5,479 nt of DNA from a virus (taxonomy: Duplodnaviria > Heunggongvirae > Uroviricota > Caudoviricetes): positions 1-5,479 of the IMG/VR virus record IMGVR_UViG_2660238548_000026; one strand, written 5' to 3'. The translations under genes were made by a program, and so were the position numbers. The notes below the pieces were generated by a model that was given only the letters and a program-made list of their open reading frames with translations, had not been told where the DNA came from and did no database searches. Positions 4,932 to 5,479 of the stretch are shown in pieces (the first letter of the stretch is position 1; each line of letters starts with the position of its first letter).

Positions 4932-5479
4932 CGCCATTGCTCCCCAAATACAAAACCAATTTCAGCCAGTGCCTCGTCCATTTTTTCGATGAACTCCGGC
5001 ACCATCTCGTCAAAACTCGCCATGTACTTTTCATTCCGCTCAATCACGACATAATGCAGTCCTTCACGCTTCATACGCGGGTCATAGTTGGCAAAGTACC
5101 AGGCATCTTTTCGTGTCACCCACATGCTGTACTGCACCTGGGCCATGTAAGCCGATTTTATGGCCTCGAAACCACCGAGCCGGAATTTCATGAAATCCCG
5201 GGAGGTAAACGGGCATTTCAGTTCAAGGCCGTTGCCGTCACTGCATAAACCATCCGGAGAGCAGGCGGTGCGCATACTTTCGTCGCGATAGATGATCGGG
5301 GATTCAGTAACATTCACGCCGGAAGTAAACTCAAACAGGGCTCTGGCGTCGTTTTCGTACTGTTTTCCCCAGGCCAGCGCTTTAGCGTTAACTTCCGGAG
5401 CCACACCGGTGCAAACCTCAGCAAGCAGGGTGTGGAAGTAGGACATTTTCATGTCAGGCCACTTTTTTCCGGAGCGGGG
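4928..5479 (-). CDS. exo: Lambda-type exonuclease (Red-alpha / Exo), 3' portion; N-terminus lies beyond the right edge of the window
   Basis: The translated 174 aa ('[35 protein letters not shown]...[19 protein letters not shown]') corresponds to the C-terminal ~175 residues of lambda Exo (226 aa) as I recall it. The reading frame stays open to the window edge, so the M at 5452 is an internal Met, not the start. Confidence 0.9.
   Translation of the reverse strand, partial: PRSGKKWPDMKMSYFHTLLAEVCTGVAPEVNAKALAWGKQYENDARALFEFTSGVNVTESPIIYRDESMRTACSPDGLCSDGNGLELKCPFTSRDFMKFRLGGFEAIKSAYMAQVQYSMWVTRKDAWYFANYDPRMKREGLHYVVIERNEKYMASFDEMVPEFIEKMDEALAEIGFVFGEQWR

Larger units (their letters stand above)
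1..5479. mobile_element. Lambdoid (pro)phage left arm: integration module (int, xis), accessory early-left genes, and start of the Red recombination module (exo)
   Basis: Tyrosine integrase and excisionase-like gene at the left, lambda-type exo/orf60a/orf63 at the right, all co-oriented on the minus strand with overlapping stops and starts. Phage ends and att site are not defined within the window. Confidence 0.85.

Noticed and set aside
4521-5248. Plus-strand ORFs of 61 aa (4521..4706), 108 aa (4728..5054) and 103 aa (4937..5248)
   Set aside because: Antisense to orf63, orf60a and exo, which carry strong homology signal on the minus strand.
1-5479. CRISPR arrays, tRNA/rRNA genes, IS elements and transposon inverted repeats
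   Set aside because: No spaced direct-repeat arrays, no cloverleaf-like tRNA candidates (including 1-74 next to int), and no transposase-like ORF or terminal inverted repeats were seen by eye. A tRNA fragment at the window edge cannot be fully excluded without a search.

Overview
This 5.5-kb window reads as the integration-proximal (left) arm of a lambdoid enterobacterial (pro)phage. Every gene I can support is on the minus strand, forming one tightly packed leftward operon with several 4-nt stop/start overlaps. In transcription order (right to left): partial exo (lambda exonuclease, 5' end beyond the window), orf60a, orf63, a candidate 27-aa hydrophobic peptide, a 71-93 aa protein, a terminator-like hairpin, a TraR/DksA-type zinc-finger protein, an Ead/Ea22-like protein, a ~251-aa protein with TGT-like motifs, a DUF550/DUF551 protein, a 28-aa membrane-type peptide, an 80-aa protein, a 44-aa protein, an excisionase-like protein, and a Rac-type tyrosine integrase. 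The main lead is the TGT-like protein, a candidate DpdA-type 7-deazaguanine DNA transglycosylase with no precursor-synthesis genes nearby; this rests on short motif matches recalled from memory and needs profile or structure confirmation. The three small ORFs were found by manual translation and are not in the supplied ORF track. Homology statements to lambda and Rac proteins are from memory, not from a database search. No tRNA, rRNA, CRISPR array or IS element was recognised.
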